Positions 51,324 to 64,000 of a stretch of DNA of 64,000 bases are shown piece by piece; the first letter of the stretch is position 1; each line of letters begins with the position of its first letter. The DNA is from Camelus dromedarius (lineage: Eukaryota): positions 100,938,001-101,002,000 of the forward strand of contig NC_087437.1 of assembly GCF_036321535.1 (NCBI RefSeq), in the 5' to 3' direction. The notes below the pieces were generated by a model. The model ran no database searches. It had not been told where the DNA came from and was given only the letters and a program-made list of their open reading frames with translations. The translations under genes and the position numbers were made by a program.

Positions 51324-52296
51324 ATTATTTTAAACTTACGGTCCAATAAAGGAAAATGGTCATGTGCAGGTACTGGTCTGCCCAGGTAGGGCAGAGACTG
51401 TAATTAATCAACACCGTCTGGGCATAGGCAGAATAATCTTCCATGTTCAAACCCATTAGCTGGGGAAATAGTTTTTCTCTGGTTGGCATTTCAAAATTGG
51501 ATTTCCTCATTGTTATATATCTAACATACAATTAACCCGATCACTTTCAGAGAAAGCTACAGATAACCGTAGATATGTGGTCTTCCCTAATGATCATTTC
51601 AACATAACACAATAATCAAACATTCATATAAAAAAGACATAGATATCTAATGTTGTGGAAAGGGAATTATCCTTTTGTGAAAGAGGGTTACAGGTGCAGC
51701 GCAGCATCATGTGAAGTTTCAGTACTGGGGATCCTAGCTGTATATATAAAAATGAAAAGTTGGGAATTACTGGAAAAATTTAAAGAAAATGGGGAACACA
51801 TTGCTTGAGAAAGTTCGTAGTGAAAATTATAGTATTTTTACCTTTAAAAAGGAGAAAATTTATATTTTTCCCTCTCTATGTTTGATTCTAGAAACACTAA
51901 GTGTGGTGCTTTGGATATGTAAAATCCCCATAGGGATTCCTCTTTTATTTTTCAAAGCAGTTACCAATATTTAAAAAAATTCCGAACTCTTCACATTTGT
52001 GTTTCATAAATCCTAGAACTGTGTACAGGTGTGATTGTCATTGTGGTGGAATAAGTAAAGCAAAAAAAGAGGAAAGAAACCAAGAAGGCTGGTTTGACTT
52101 AACATATATATGCATGGAATGTCTACTACAAATATTTTTTGATTTTTTTAAAAATTATTGATTTATGGAGAAAAATGATTTGTTGACACCCTGATATATT
52201 CTTTTATAATTTATTTCATTTAACAGATTTACTGACCTTGCCTACAATGTATATATCAGGGCTGAGAACACAGACATGATCCTATTTTAAAAAAAC

Positions 52297-52496
52297 ATAG
52301 TGTTTTACAAATTTCATGTGTTTGAGAATCATCTGGGTACTTAAAGTTAGATTAAAAATAAATAATAATTTCCAGACCCACCCTCAGGGAATCTGATTTC
52401 TTTGGCACTAGTTGACCCAGGAAGGTGCTTTTTAGTTCAGTCTCCCAACATGGTCCACTATCTTCTGGTTCTCTTAGCACACTTAGAGAATACTGG
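52297..52496. mobile_element. MER5-like hAT MITE
   Basis: tagtgttttacaaatt...gaatcatctggg...ccagacccaccctcag.gaatctgattt...cacacttagagaatactg. Confidence 0.65.
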
Positions 52497-53582
52497 CCCG
52501 TGCGTCAGAAAAATGGATTATGACATCATGTCTCAGGTCTTAGATCTCAATACACTTAGCTATAGGAGAGCCACTGAGAATGTTGAGTCTGGAGCCAGAT
52601 TTCCTCATTGCACAGACCAGGTGATCTAACACACGCTCTAGGAACTTGGGGGATTAAGTAAATGTCCTGCCACATTTCCACCATCTTCAATATGGAGATA
52701 ATAATAGTCCCTTCTGCATAGGGCTGTTTGATGATTAAATAAGGCAATAGATAGAACACCCTAAGAAGATATACGATGCATTTTGAGGAATCAGTAAGGA
52801 TCTTTCTTTTTGTTTGTTGCTTTTTTGAAAAATATCAAAATTCTAAGCATTGAATATGATCAAATGTAAATTTACTAGTATATGCCTTATAAGGACAACA
52901 TGATATATTTGTATAATTTTAAATACCATGTTGTACTGTGGTTCTAGTCTAATATTCAGAGGCCCAGAATCCATTATATTTGCATTTAGTTTACAATTTT
53001 TATTTATAAATGTCAAAAACCACTGTTTGGATAAACTACTTTGTATTGTTTCTGCTGTTAGGTTTAGTAAGCCAAAAGGAAAAAAAATTAACTACCACAT
53101 AATACCATAAATAAAACATTTTAATCAATGATTTGAAAGGTGCCTGGTATTTTAAGATATATCCCAGTATGTGTTTTATTCTGTTTTTGAAACAAAACTA
53201 GCTCTCCAAATATATTTGATAATTATGCTGCTCATAAATGCGAGTTGTATGAACCTAGTTGGTAAATGAAGAATAGATGTTTGAGTAATTAAAATATATG
53301 ACTATGATTTGCATTTCTGACCTAAAGGCCACACCCAGAAGAGTTTTTGCTTTTTTTTTTTCCTTTTCTTGGGAAAAGGAAGGGAAGAGGCTAATACTTA
53401 TCAAATAAATTATGACCTTATTCCAGGAGCTTTTGAAAATGTAGTTTTATATGAAACATAGAATTTCTATATAAAATACAGAATTTAACAGTTCACACCC
53501 AGAAAATAAAACAGTCTTTTGTGCATTCATTTCTATTTACTGCATGTAGTCATGCTGTGAGATGAGGATTATTAATTTATTT

Positions 53583-54068
53583 TGTTATCAAAAGTTGGGT
53601 CCACTCACTTGTGTAGCACGGGGTCAACCTACTGACACCAGGTTGTGGTAAAGGAAAGTGCAGCATTTATTATAAGGAGCCAAGCAAGCAGTCCAGGACA
53701 GCTAATGCTCTAAAAGCCCAAACTCCCCAATGGGTTTCAGCAAAGCATTTTTAAAGGCAAGATGTGTGAGGGGCATCCCAGGGTGTGTGATCAGCTCATG
53801 CACAATTCTCTGATTGGTTGATGGTCAGGTAACAGGGTGGTGTCACAGGGTTTAACATTATCAATCCTCCAGTATGTCTGGGGGCTACATGCTTGTGTTC
53901 ATCAAGTAGTTAATTTCTTCCATTTGGTGGGGGTTTTAGCATCTGTAAAAAAAAACTCGTAATGTGCATCAGATACTATTGTCTGGCTACTTCAGAGAAG
54001 AGCCAAAGCAGAGTATATGGGGGAGGGGCCTGTCCTGGGAAGGCCCCATAGGGTCCTGCTCAGTTAAA
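53583..54068 (-). mobile_element. ERV1-class solo LTR
   Basis: TGTTA...TTAAA (degenerate TAACA) termini, 4 bp TSD ATTT 53579-53582 / 54069-54072, antisense AATAAA and CCAAT (ctgattggttg). Confidence 0.8.
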
Positions 54069-54209
54069 ATTTCCTAGATGGGAAGTAGCTCAGACTTGGG
54101 GTGACTTGTCAAACTAGTACCTGCATGTGTGTCTTCTACCTCAGGGTCCCTACAAGCCCTAGCAACATTCTCCTTTTCCCTTGTGTAAACAAGAACTCCT
54201 GACATTACC

Positions 54210-54392
54210 ATTTACTGAGTGTGTGATTTTGGTTAGATTATTGAACTTTTACATACTTTAGTTTCCTCCTGTATGAGATGGGGGATACTCGTTGAACCTC
54301 TTTCCATAGGTCCTTGTGACAGTAGTTGAGTTAATTTATATCAAGTGTTTTAGAAGAGTCCCTGGCACATGACTAGCACTCAATGCCTACCA
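54210..54392 (+). mobile_element. MIR fragment
   Basis: tttactgagtgtgtgatttt...tttagtttcctc.tgtatgagatgggg...agagtccctggcacatgactagcactcaat. Confidence 0.75.
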
Positions 54393-54696
54393 CTTATTTT
54401 TGTCTTTTTATTTTTTAAACCAAACTTTCAAAATTTTGATTATCTTAGCAATGAGGAATGCCTAGCCCATCACTAAAATCCTTGAATGACTCTCCAGTCA
54501 TTTTACACAGGCTTCAATGGGAAATGGTCTTTGCTCTGAGGTGACCCAGGAAAATCACCAATCTTCTCTTCCAAAACAAAGACAAATCCACACAAAATGG
54601 AAGAAAAATCCTGAGAAAATACAAAAGAAAAGACAAATATCATTTATAAGTTCCAGCCCAGTTTTTTCTTAAGACACATACTCTTCATGTTTCTAT

Positions 54697-55291
54697 AGAT
54701 ACAGGACAAATGGGGAGGGAGAGGATGACTAAATCCCAGGTCCCAGGCAAGTCCCTGGGATGAGCCGCATCAAGTGAGGGTCCTTGGCTTTGCATAGGAA
54801 AGAATACAAGAATGAGCCATAGTAAAGTGAAGGTAGATTTATTCAGAGAGATGCACACTCCATCCACAGAGTGCAGGCTGTCTCAGAAGGCCAGAGAGGC
54901 CATGAGACATGGGAGTGTTTAAAGTAAAAGTAGATACACACTCCATAGAATGTGGGCTGCCTCAGAAGGTGAGAGAGCTCCCATGAGGTGCAAGGTTGTT
55001 AGTTTTTATGGGCTCAGTAACTTTATATGCTAACAAGTGGGAGGATTATTCTACTTTGAGGAAGGGGCTGGGATTCCAAGGAATTGGGCCATCACCCATT
55101 TTTTGACTTTTTATAGTCAGCCTTGAAACTGTCATGGCATCTGTGGGAGTGCTGTTTAGCATGCTAATGTATTACAATGAGTATATAATGAAGCTCAAGT
55201 TCTACTGGGAGTTGAATCTTCCACCATCTTGGTGCTAATTGCTGTGTCATTCTCTTACTGGTTATGCCCTGACCTCTTCCCTCCTGTCTCA
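54697..55291 (-). mobile_element. ERV1-class (MER4/MER41-group-like) solo LTR
   Basis: (A)GATACAGG...CCTGTCTCA termini, 4 bp TSD CTAT 54693-54696 / 55292-55295, antisense AATAAA near 54838, gaaactgtcatggca and ccaccatcttgg motifs. Confidence 0.78.
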
Positions 55292-58200
55292 CTATCACTT
55301 ACATTTCACTTGTCTTTTATTTTCAACTTGCGGTAGAAATTGATTGAATGAAAACTCCCATGGAATAAACAGCTACAGAACATAGTTCATTCAATACGCA
55401 GTTTTGCATTCTTTTACATGTAATGCACATTAGTTTTCAGGTTAATGAAAATAATCTTAACTTCAAGTTTTTATCGCTTGTATGAATTATTTCAAATTAA
55501 ATAGTATGCACATTTCATTGTTTCACATGTTTTTCTAACATTCTATTCCATCTGGGGTGGTGTAATAGAAGGATCTATTTTCTTCTGAAAACGTCTGTCA
55601 TAGTTTGAAAGGATCAATGACTAGTCCCTGTGTTTCAGTGGCACATAGCTATTTCCAATGAGCCTTTAAAACTTAGAATCCCAATGCATTTTTGTCTGCT
55701 TAAGAATTTTAAATCTTCTTACCTCATTCTGTGATTATGCCATCCCTTGACAATGGTTTCACTAAAAGATTTTCAAAAGCTGAGTCCTGGGAGTAGAGAC
55801 AAGTTTCAACTTTGAATGCTATTTTCTGATCAATTGGAGCGCCTTAATCCTCTTCTTCCTTTACTTGACCATGCTCTGGTAAATAGCTGTCAGCAAGGGA
55901 AGAAGTTCAATACCTTTGGGCCATGACCCACTTAAAAGCTCCTTCTGCTGGGAGAAAAATCCACAGCAGTCTTAAATGTCGGTATTCTCCTGGCATCCCC
56001 TGGCGTCAGCCTCAGGGGCTCGATTGCCATGTGTATATATAAATTCCAGCCTTTTCAAATAAAACACTGGAAGTTATTACATCTGTCAGGTGAAACAAAG
56101 GTAAATATGGGACTGGAATATAAATATTTAGTCCATATATACACAGTAAACAATAGGAAAGCTGGAGAGACATTCCAATATTTGAACCTGGATAATAAAT
56201 GCTATGGTTATGTATGATATTCATTATAAACTGGATGATTATTTTTATCTTACTCATTTCAAGATAATCCACAATTAATCACTGGTACAACATTACAATG
56301 CAGTGTTCTGTCAAATTTATGCAAAAGATTGACCTAATTTTTTGAACACTGAATGCTATTTTTTTTTCACATCAGATATAGTGATTTTGTTAGAAATTTT
56401 ATTATAATACAATTCTGTTCACCGGGAGTTTGGACCCATGTAAAAAGGCATTTTTTAATAAAAGGCCGATCATGAACATGAAAAGGATAAGATGAAATAA
56501 TGTGCCAAACACTGCTATCAGTGTACTAGTTGTTATGAAATTATTTAACTATAAGCAAGTTCATAAAAAAACCCTGCTAAATTAAATGTTCATTTTTATT
56601 TTTATTTAGTCATAGATTTGTCTGCCACACCGCTTTTGTAAGTTGATAAGTCATGATATTGTGCAAAGCTGCAATTGTGAAACTCCCCAAAATGAAAGCC
56701 AATATTCTTACCAGGAGGGATAAAACTCAGTTTCCCAATGTGCAACACTGAGGTCTTCAAGCTGACCTGAGACTCCAGTACAGAAGAGTCCTCTGTGCTT
56801 ACCTGGGCTCTGGTTTGTCTTTCTTTCAATAGTTTTCTGCAATTACAAAAAAATATATATATATTTCTACCAGACCGTGTGCTTTTCTGGACACTAGCAT
56901 ATTCTATTTGTTATTAAATTCACTTTTGTTTTTGTTTTTTTCTTCCACTTTGTTTTCCCCTGGCAGAGAAGGTTTAGTTTTTATATGACAGTTCAAGATG
57001 AAAACAGAGTAAAGGCTACAACTTTTGGCTCAGGTGAATTTAGAGGCAATCATTACTGTCAATCCAATGTCAGGGTTCATACACATGGCATGCCCAAAGC
57101 AATTACTCTCCTAGTTGTGATTTTATTCTCTCATTGTGACTTTTGCATCCAACTTATGCAACTAAATTAAAAAAAAGTATTTGTTGTGATTTCACTTGAG
57201 ACCAAAAACTCCACTCTGGACTTCCTAGAAGCCTGTGCAGGATTGAAAGATGACGTCCTACTTTGTGGTTCTTGGAGAGAGATCAGCTAGCAATAGATGA
57301 GCTAATAGTAATGTGATGGTCCTCCAAGTACATAGAGACTGAGTGAGTTAGCAACTTAGTTAAGCCTCTTACAACAGGATTCTTTGGGTCTGCACTATTT
57401 TTAGGCATGGTTTGTTGAAATTAGCACACAGGTATGAGGAATGGAAATAACTTGTTTAGGTTATTCTCTACTTACAACTCAAAGACACACACACACACAC
57501 ACAGACCACACACATAAACAAACACAGGAGGACCATATGATACAACATTAAGATTCAGTAAGATATTCTGATTTTGAGTGCTGCATTGTTGAATAGGAGT
57601 ACAGATAAAAGTGAACTAGGTGAAAAGTTCAATACAGAGTTTATACTATAAACCAAACAGAAAGCACTTACTTACTTATCTTTAGTTCCTTGAGACTAAG
57701 TTATCAAAGGTAGAAATGTGAGTGTTGGAAATTTAATATTGGAATATTTGAAGTCTTTTATTCTATAATGGTGACAATGTCATATAAAGAACTCAATTTA
57801 CTAAGTTCCAAAGAAGATACTCATACTTGTAAAGTTAAACTCTAATTTGAGATTTGGGCATTCTGAAAATCACTTTTAAGAAAAACTGGTTCGATGTTAA
57901 ATGCACTATTTTTTTCCCTTGTTAATGTAATACTTTTTTTTTTTTTCATCCTGATGGGGTTTTCTCCTTCAATTGGAATTACAGGTAATTAAATTATTCA
58001 ATTAGGATAGAATATTTTCTTTTTCCCCCAAAGCCATTTTAATATGAAAATACATGGCTTTTCTTAGGGGCATATGTGTGGATTTTTAAATTTTAATGTG
58101 TGGATAAAACTGTATTATTGTCAATGGAATCAAGTAATTGTAGTCCTTCATAGAAAGCTATTAGATAGTTTCCAGATATTTTCTCGTCAATATTTGAGTT

Positions 58201-59700
58201 ACACGAAAAATATATCTGCAGTTAGGAAATAATTGATCTGGTGAAGTCATGACCTCTACTTGCCAGAGATACCAGAACTTCAGTTTCTAAATCCCTATTA
58301 CGCTTCCCAAACCTCAAAATTACTCATTTATCAAAATTCTCTTTTGAACATCCTCTTTGCAAGGAAAATGCTGTTTATCTTTTAGTCCTGTGCTCAGGGA
58401 GAGAAAACTTCCTTAAATTTCTCAGCAAGGCACTTGGCTTTATATCAGATATCAACAATGAAAATAGTGAGTTTGGGAGAAAGAGGTATAGTTATTTAAC
58501 TACACAAAATACTTTAGTAGAAAAAGGATAGCAAATAATTGTTAGTAATTTTAACAACTGAGAAGATGAAATCAAGTCTAAAGGGGAAGTAAAAGTAAAA
58601 TGTCTCTCCTTGCACAGCACTGAAGAAAAATCTAGATACAATTTGATTTGGTTTCCTCAGAAGCATTAAGTTCTTGCTACTCGCAGATTACTAAAATGCA
58701 TAAACCAAACCCTTTGCAAATTATTTAAAGTAAAATGAATTCCTTGAGTAAAATTGAATGAATGTAATTAACATGGGAAGTAAATCTTTTAATTAGAAAA
58801 GTCAAATAATTATTTTGCTTCAAAGAAATGAAATGACTGCAATTACATTTTGAGCGGATAATACAGAATTATTTAATAGATAACTTTAAAGAGCCCATAG
58901 GAAGGGAATTTAACTAGTCAGTAAAATATTTACAGGGCATTCAGGGATCAACTTTCTCTTCCAGGAGATTCTTAAGAACTTCAGCATTCATTTCCAAATC
59001 CTAAAATAAAATGATTGTCCAACATCACAGTTTCATTGAACAACTACTTACGCAAATTTGTTTTTATCTTAGAAATTATGAGTCAAGTAGGATTTTTAAC
59101 TATTAAAATTATATTATTTAGAATTCACTTTAATAAAACATATACATGCATAAAGCCCACTTATTTTACCAGTTACTTTTCTCAGTGTTTAGGACATTTA
59201 AACTGAACAACTTCGTGTTTCAGGAGAAATTTATTAACAAAGCTGAAGAGAGCTGTCTAGTTTCCTAAATTCCAATATGATACTCAAACCACTAAGTTAA
59301 GATAATCTTTTTAAAAATAGCATGGGGAAATAGTACAAATATTTAGCAAGATACTTACTAGAGAGCTGATTAGAATTGTTAATTAGAGCTGGGTATTGTT
59401 CATGAATTTAAATCATAAATGAATAATTTAATACATAAGTGGTGCTACTGCTACTTGTAAGCATAATTAAAGTTTATACATGGCATAAACATATTATCCT
59501 TGATACACACACTTCAAAATTAGTATTTTTCCAGAGATTTATATTTTGGTCTTTACAGAAGATGTGAGTAGTTATTGCAAAAGATAAGTAACACTCTTTA
59601 GTGTAAGATATACTATTCCACACAATAAGATGTTTAAGTAGCCTGAATTAGGCAGTCACGGTTCAAATTAAATTTTTCTGTATTGTAGCTCATCACATTT

Positions 59701-61922
59701 AGCAGCAAGATTGATACTAAGAGGGAACTTTACAGCAATACAAGCATACCTCAAGATACAAGAAAAATCTCAAATAAACAATCTAACCTTACAGCTAAAG
59801 GAACTAAAGAAAGAATAAATGAAACCCATAGTCACTAGAAGGAAAGAAATAATAAACAGCAGAGTGGAAATAGATTAAATAGGAACTAAAAAGACAAAAG
59901 AAAAGGTCAATGAAGCTAAGATCTGGTTCTTTGAAAAGATAAAATTGAGAAACATTTAGTTAGACTCACTAAGAGATAAAGAGAGAAGGCTTTGATAAAT
60001 AAAATCAGAAAGAAAGAGGAAAAATAACAATGAGTACTAAGAAATACAAAGGATTATCAGAGAATATTCTGAACAGTCATATGCCAACAAATTGAGCAAC
60101 CTAGTAGAGTGGACGAATGCTTTCAAGACTGAATCTTGAAGACATAGAAAACTTGAGTAGATTGATTACTAGTTAGGATATTGAAACAGGAATCAAAATC
60201 TTCCCCAAAATAAAAGTCCAGGATCAATTAACTTCTCAAGTGAAGTCTACCAAATGTTCAAAAAAAAAAAAAAAAAAAAAAAAAAAGATTTAATACCTGT
60301 TGTTCTCAAATTCTTCCAAAAAATTGAAAAGGAGTGCTTCCTAAGTCATTTTATGAGTCCAACATTACCCGGATATAAAAACCTCATAAGGGCAACATTA
60401 AAAACATTAAAAAAAAGAAGGAAAACTACAGACCAGTATCTCTGATAAACATAAATACAAAAATCCTCAACAAAATATTAACAAACTAAATTCAAGAATA
60501 CATTAAAATAACCATACCATGATCAAGTGAGATTTATTCCAGGGATGCAAGGATGGCTCAACATCTGCAGATCAATCAATGTGATACATCACATTAACAA
60601 AATGAAGGAAAAAAAATTGTATGAACATCTCAATAGATGCAGAAAAAGCATCTGATAAGATTTAACACCCATTTATGATAAAATTTCTCAATACAATGTA
60701 TAGAAGGAACATACCTTAACATAATAAAGGTCATATATATGACAAACCCATGTCTAACATCGTACTCATTGATGAAAAACTGAAAGCTATTCCTCTAAAA
60801 TGAAGAGCAAAACAAAGATACACACTCTTGCCACTTTTACTCAATATTGTACTGGAAGTCCTAGTCAGAGCAATTAGGCAAGAAATGAAAGGCATCCAAA
60901 TTGAAAAGGAAGAAGTAAAACTGTCACTACTTGCTGACAACATAATTTTATATATAGAAAACCCTAAAGACTCCACCAAAAAACTGTTAGAAATAATAAA
61001 TACAGTAAAGTTGCTGGGTAAAAATCAATATACAAAAATATGTTTTATTTCTATGAACTAACAATGAATTAGTAGAAAGATAAATCAGGAAAACAATTCC
61101 ATTTACCATAGTAACAAAAATAATAAAATACCTAGAAATAAATTTTACCAAGGAGGTGAAAGACCTGTATACTGAAAACTATATGACATTGTTGAAAGAA
61201 ATTGAAGACATAAGTGGAAAGATATCCCATACTTATCAATTGGAAGAATTAACATTGTCAAAATAGTACCTAAAGCAATGTACAGATTTAACACAATCCC
61301 TATCAAAATCCCAATGGCATTTTTCACATAAATAGAACAAAACCCCTAAATTTATATAGAACCACAAAAGACCCTGAATAGCCAAAGCAATCCTGAGAAA
61401 AAAAGAACAAAAGGAGGTATCACACATCCTAATTTCAAACTAATATTACAAAGCTGTATTAATCAAAGCCACATGGTATTGGCCAAAAAACAGAAACATA
61501 GATCAACAAAACAGAATTGAGAGCCCAGAAATAAATCCACACATATAAGGACAATTTATGACAAAGGAGTAAAGAACATGTAATGAAGACAGAAGGGTCT
61601 CTTCAATAAATGGTGCTGGAAGGACTGGACAGCCACATGCAGAGTAAAACTGGAACACTATGTCACACCATACACAAAAATCAATTCAAAATGGCTGCAC
61701 CACTATGGAAAACAGTATTCAGATTTCTCAAAAAATTAAGAATAGAACTACCATATCATCTAGTTATTCCACTTCTGAGTATTTATCGCAGAGGAAAACA
61801 AAAATATTGATTTGAAAAAAATATATGCAACCCTATGTTCACTGCAGTAGTATTTATAATAGCCAAGATACGGAAGCAACCTAAGTGTTCATCAAAAGAT
61901 GAACAGATAAAGAAAACGTGAT

Positions 61923-61977
<55 letters not shown>

Positions 61978-62365
61978 GTGGAATACTATGCAGCCATTAA
62001 AAGATGAAATCGATTTGCCATTTACAACAACATGAATGGACCTAAGTGAAATAAGTCATGAAGAATGCAAATAGTGTTTGATTATACTCTAATGTGGACT
62101 ATAAACAAACAAATTAGCAAACAAACAAAAAACCCCAAAGTAAATGAACAAATCAAACCAAACAAAAGCAAACTATAGTAATGGTTACTAGAGGGGAAAG
62201 AGGGTGAGGGAGTGTGAAATGAGTAAAGGGGGTCAACTGTATTGTGATGGATGGAAACTAAACTTTTGGTGGTGAGCACTATGTAGTGTATACAGAAGTA
62301 GAAATATAACATTGTACACATGAAACTTACATGGTATAAATGTTACTTCAATTAAGAAAAAATAA
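59701..62365 (+). mobile_element. 5'-truncated, decayed L1 (ORF2 RT region and 3'UTR) with an internal deletion
   Basis: ORF2-like peptides ([53 protein letters not shown], with a degenerate FADD motif), many stops and frameshifts, 3'UTR ending ...tgttacttcaattaagaaaaa. Confidence 0.95.
61923..61971. repeat. (CA)n microsatellite inside the L1
   Basis: Seen directly. Confidence 0.95.
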
Positions 62366-64000
62366 TATAAATTTACCTTATGTATCTGTTATCATGAATA
62401 ATAGCTAGAAATTAGGAAAAAACTAAAATCTCCACCATCTCTCTTTTTACAGGAAAAAAAATCAACATTTTATTAATGCAGTTTTAATTGTCAGAAATAA
62501 TACATATTTTCTGTTTTAAGCAGATTTTTATGAAATAGATAAAGAAGTAAAATTTGTCTTAACAGTTTTTAGTTTCTTTTTTTATAATAATGCTTCATTT
62601 AGACATCTGTCCTCTTCTTTTAATCTTTACTATGGAATGTTGGTCATAAAGTGGATTTATTTCCAGTGCCCCTTTAAATTTACCAGTTACCTTTGAATAT
62701 TGGCATTGTCTGGAATTCACTTCCAAGTGTTATAAAAGAGACTTAACCTTCCTTTCTAGGAAGAGGAATTTCTTTCTAAATCTTTATTTATTAAAATTAC
62801 AAAATTTTATAAAACTCATATAAAATTCTTGATCACATATATTAAATTTCTTGAAGTTAAGTTTTACATGAGAATCATTATATCTTGTTCTGTTTTTGTT
62901 TACAATTCTGATATGACTTGAATTTATTCTTCCTAATGCAGTTGTACACATTCAAGTGATAGGGAAACAGTTACATCTAAGATCTTTGTACAGCATTGTT
63001 ATCACAAAGAAAATAAGTTTCTATCCTAAAATGAGACAAAATTGCTGGTACTCAAGGTCATAGAATGCTGCAGATAATTGGGCTTTTGGGAAATGAAGTC
63101 TTGAAGGAAGATTAAAAGCAGCATTAAAACAGTATTCATGGTTATGTACAATAGCAATTCAAAACAAAATGTGGTGAATTACAATAAATTCAAATAGTTT
63201 GTTTCTACAAACCTTTGCTCCGTGAGAGAGTGTGATACAGTCTCATAATTTTCTATTTGGAATCACTGTTTTATCCATGACATCTCAAATGCAGTTCATT
63301 CACTTGAGGATGTATATTATACCCAGAAGAGAATCCAGTTTGTGAGGAAAATCATGACTAGACACAATCCAGTAACTACTGTGTTTCTAACTGGCCATGT
63401 ATGCTGCAAGACAAGAAAGGACACCACAGTCTTTGAACGTTGTCTCACACATTATTAAAAGAATATAAAGGTTTTGAAATGATTTGGGCAGTATGTATTT
63501 AAAAACTCCCTTATAATATATTGAGAATTTGAACTTGGTCCAAGGAAATTGAAAATGAGAAATGCAAGCAGAAAAAAAAATTGATGTGTAGAAATGGCTT
63601 TCAGTTAAATAGGAATGCTTGCCAAAATATTGTAACTTGTAGGGCACCGAGAAAAATCTCAGATTAAAGAAAAACATATCCCTCCTTACCTATCAAAGTA
63701 CTAAAATGTAAGGACAAAAATGAATCTGTTGAGTAATAAACCTTAATGAATCCAATGTTGAGATGCAAATGGACATAGAGTAATTCACCTTTAATTACTT
63801 CAATACAAAGCAGTTAATATACGAAGGTTTTTAAAAAGTATTTTTCTCAGAAAATGTTTTAGAGGAGAATTTAAAAGAGGAGAAACAGAGTAGTTTTTGA
63901 ACCTGAGAAATGCATGTTTAATCATGAGGCAAAGACTTGTGTGTATGTATGAAGAGGAGGGTGGGATCAGTCAAGACCAGGAGCCAGAAACTTAAGATTT

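Noticed and set aside
53583..55291. Provirus bounded by two LTRs
   Set aside because: The two LTRs are dissimilar, each has its own TSD, and the spacer contains a MIR rather than gag/pol
60254..61810. ORFs with reverse-transcriptase-like peptides
   Set aside because: Fragments of a decayed L1 ORF2 with stops, frameshifts and a mutated FADD motif; not a functional gene
28000..64000. Additional protein-coding gene or upstream TMPRSS15 exon
   Set aside because: No ORF or exon with a recognisable product; non-coding exons cannot be excluded without transcript data

Overview
AT-rich mammalian genomic DNA, most likely a camelid: it has short tRNA-derived SINEs of the camelid type and artiodactyl-style L1 3' ends, and I saw no ruminant Bov-A/BovB or pig PRE1 elements. 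The left third holds the 5' part of TMPRSS15 (enteropeptidase/enterokinase) on the minus strand. I reconstructed seven coding exons by hand (22569-22425, 19350-19220, 18952-18885, 13111-12960, 11483-11439, 9961-9926, 2982-2851). All have GT-AG boundaries and consistent phases. They encode the cytoplasmic tail and signal-anchor, the SEA domain, a Ser/Thr-rich stalk built from two micro-exons, and the first LDLR-A repeat. The rest of the gene lies off the left edge. The ORF track captures only exons 2 and 4; its other entries are spurious or L1 remnants. The ~41 kb upstream of the ATG shows no recognisable coding exons and is filled with L1, MIR, L2, MaLR/ERVL, ERV1 and ERVK-type solo LTRs, and microsatellites. 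I found no convincing new multi-gene system. The most unusual items are a ~257 bp internally repetitive foldback element with a ~9-10 bp target-site duplication inside a TMPRSS15 intron, a mosaic mini-L1, and an intact solo LTR with a 6 bp TSD 4.6 kb upstream of the gene. Repeat family names come from recognition of consensus-like motifs, not from a database search.
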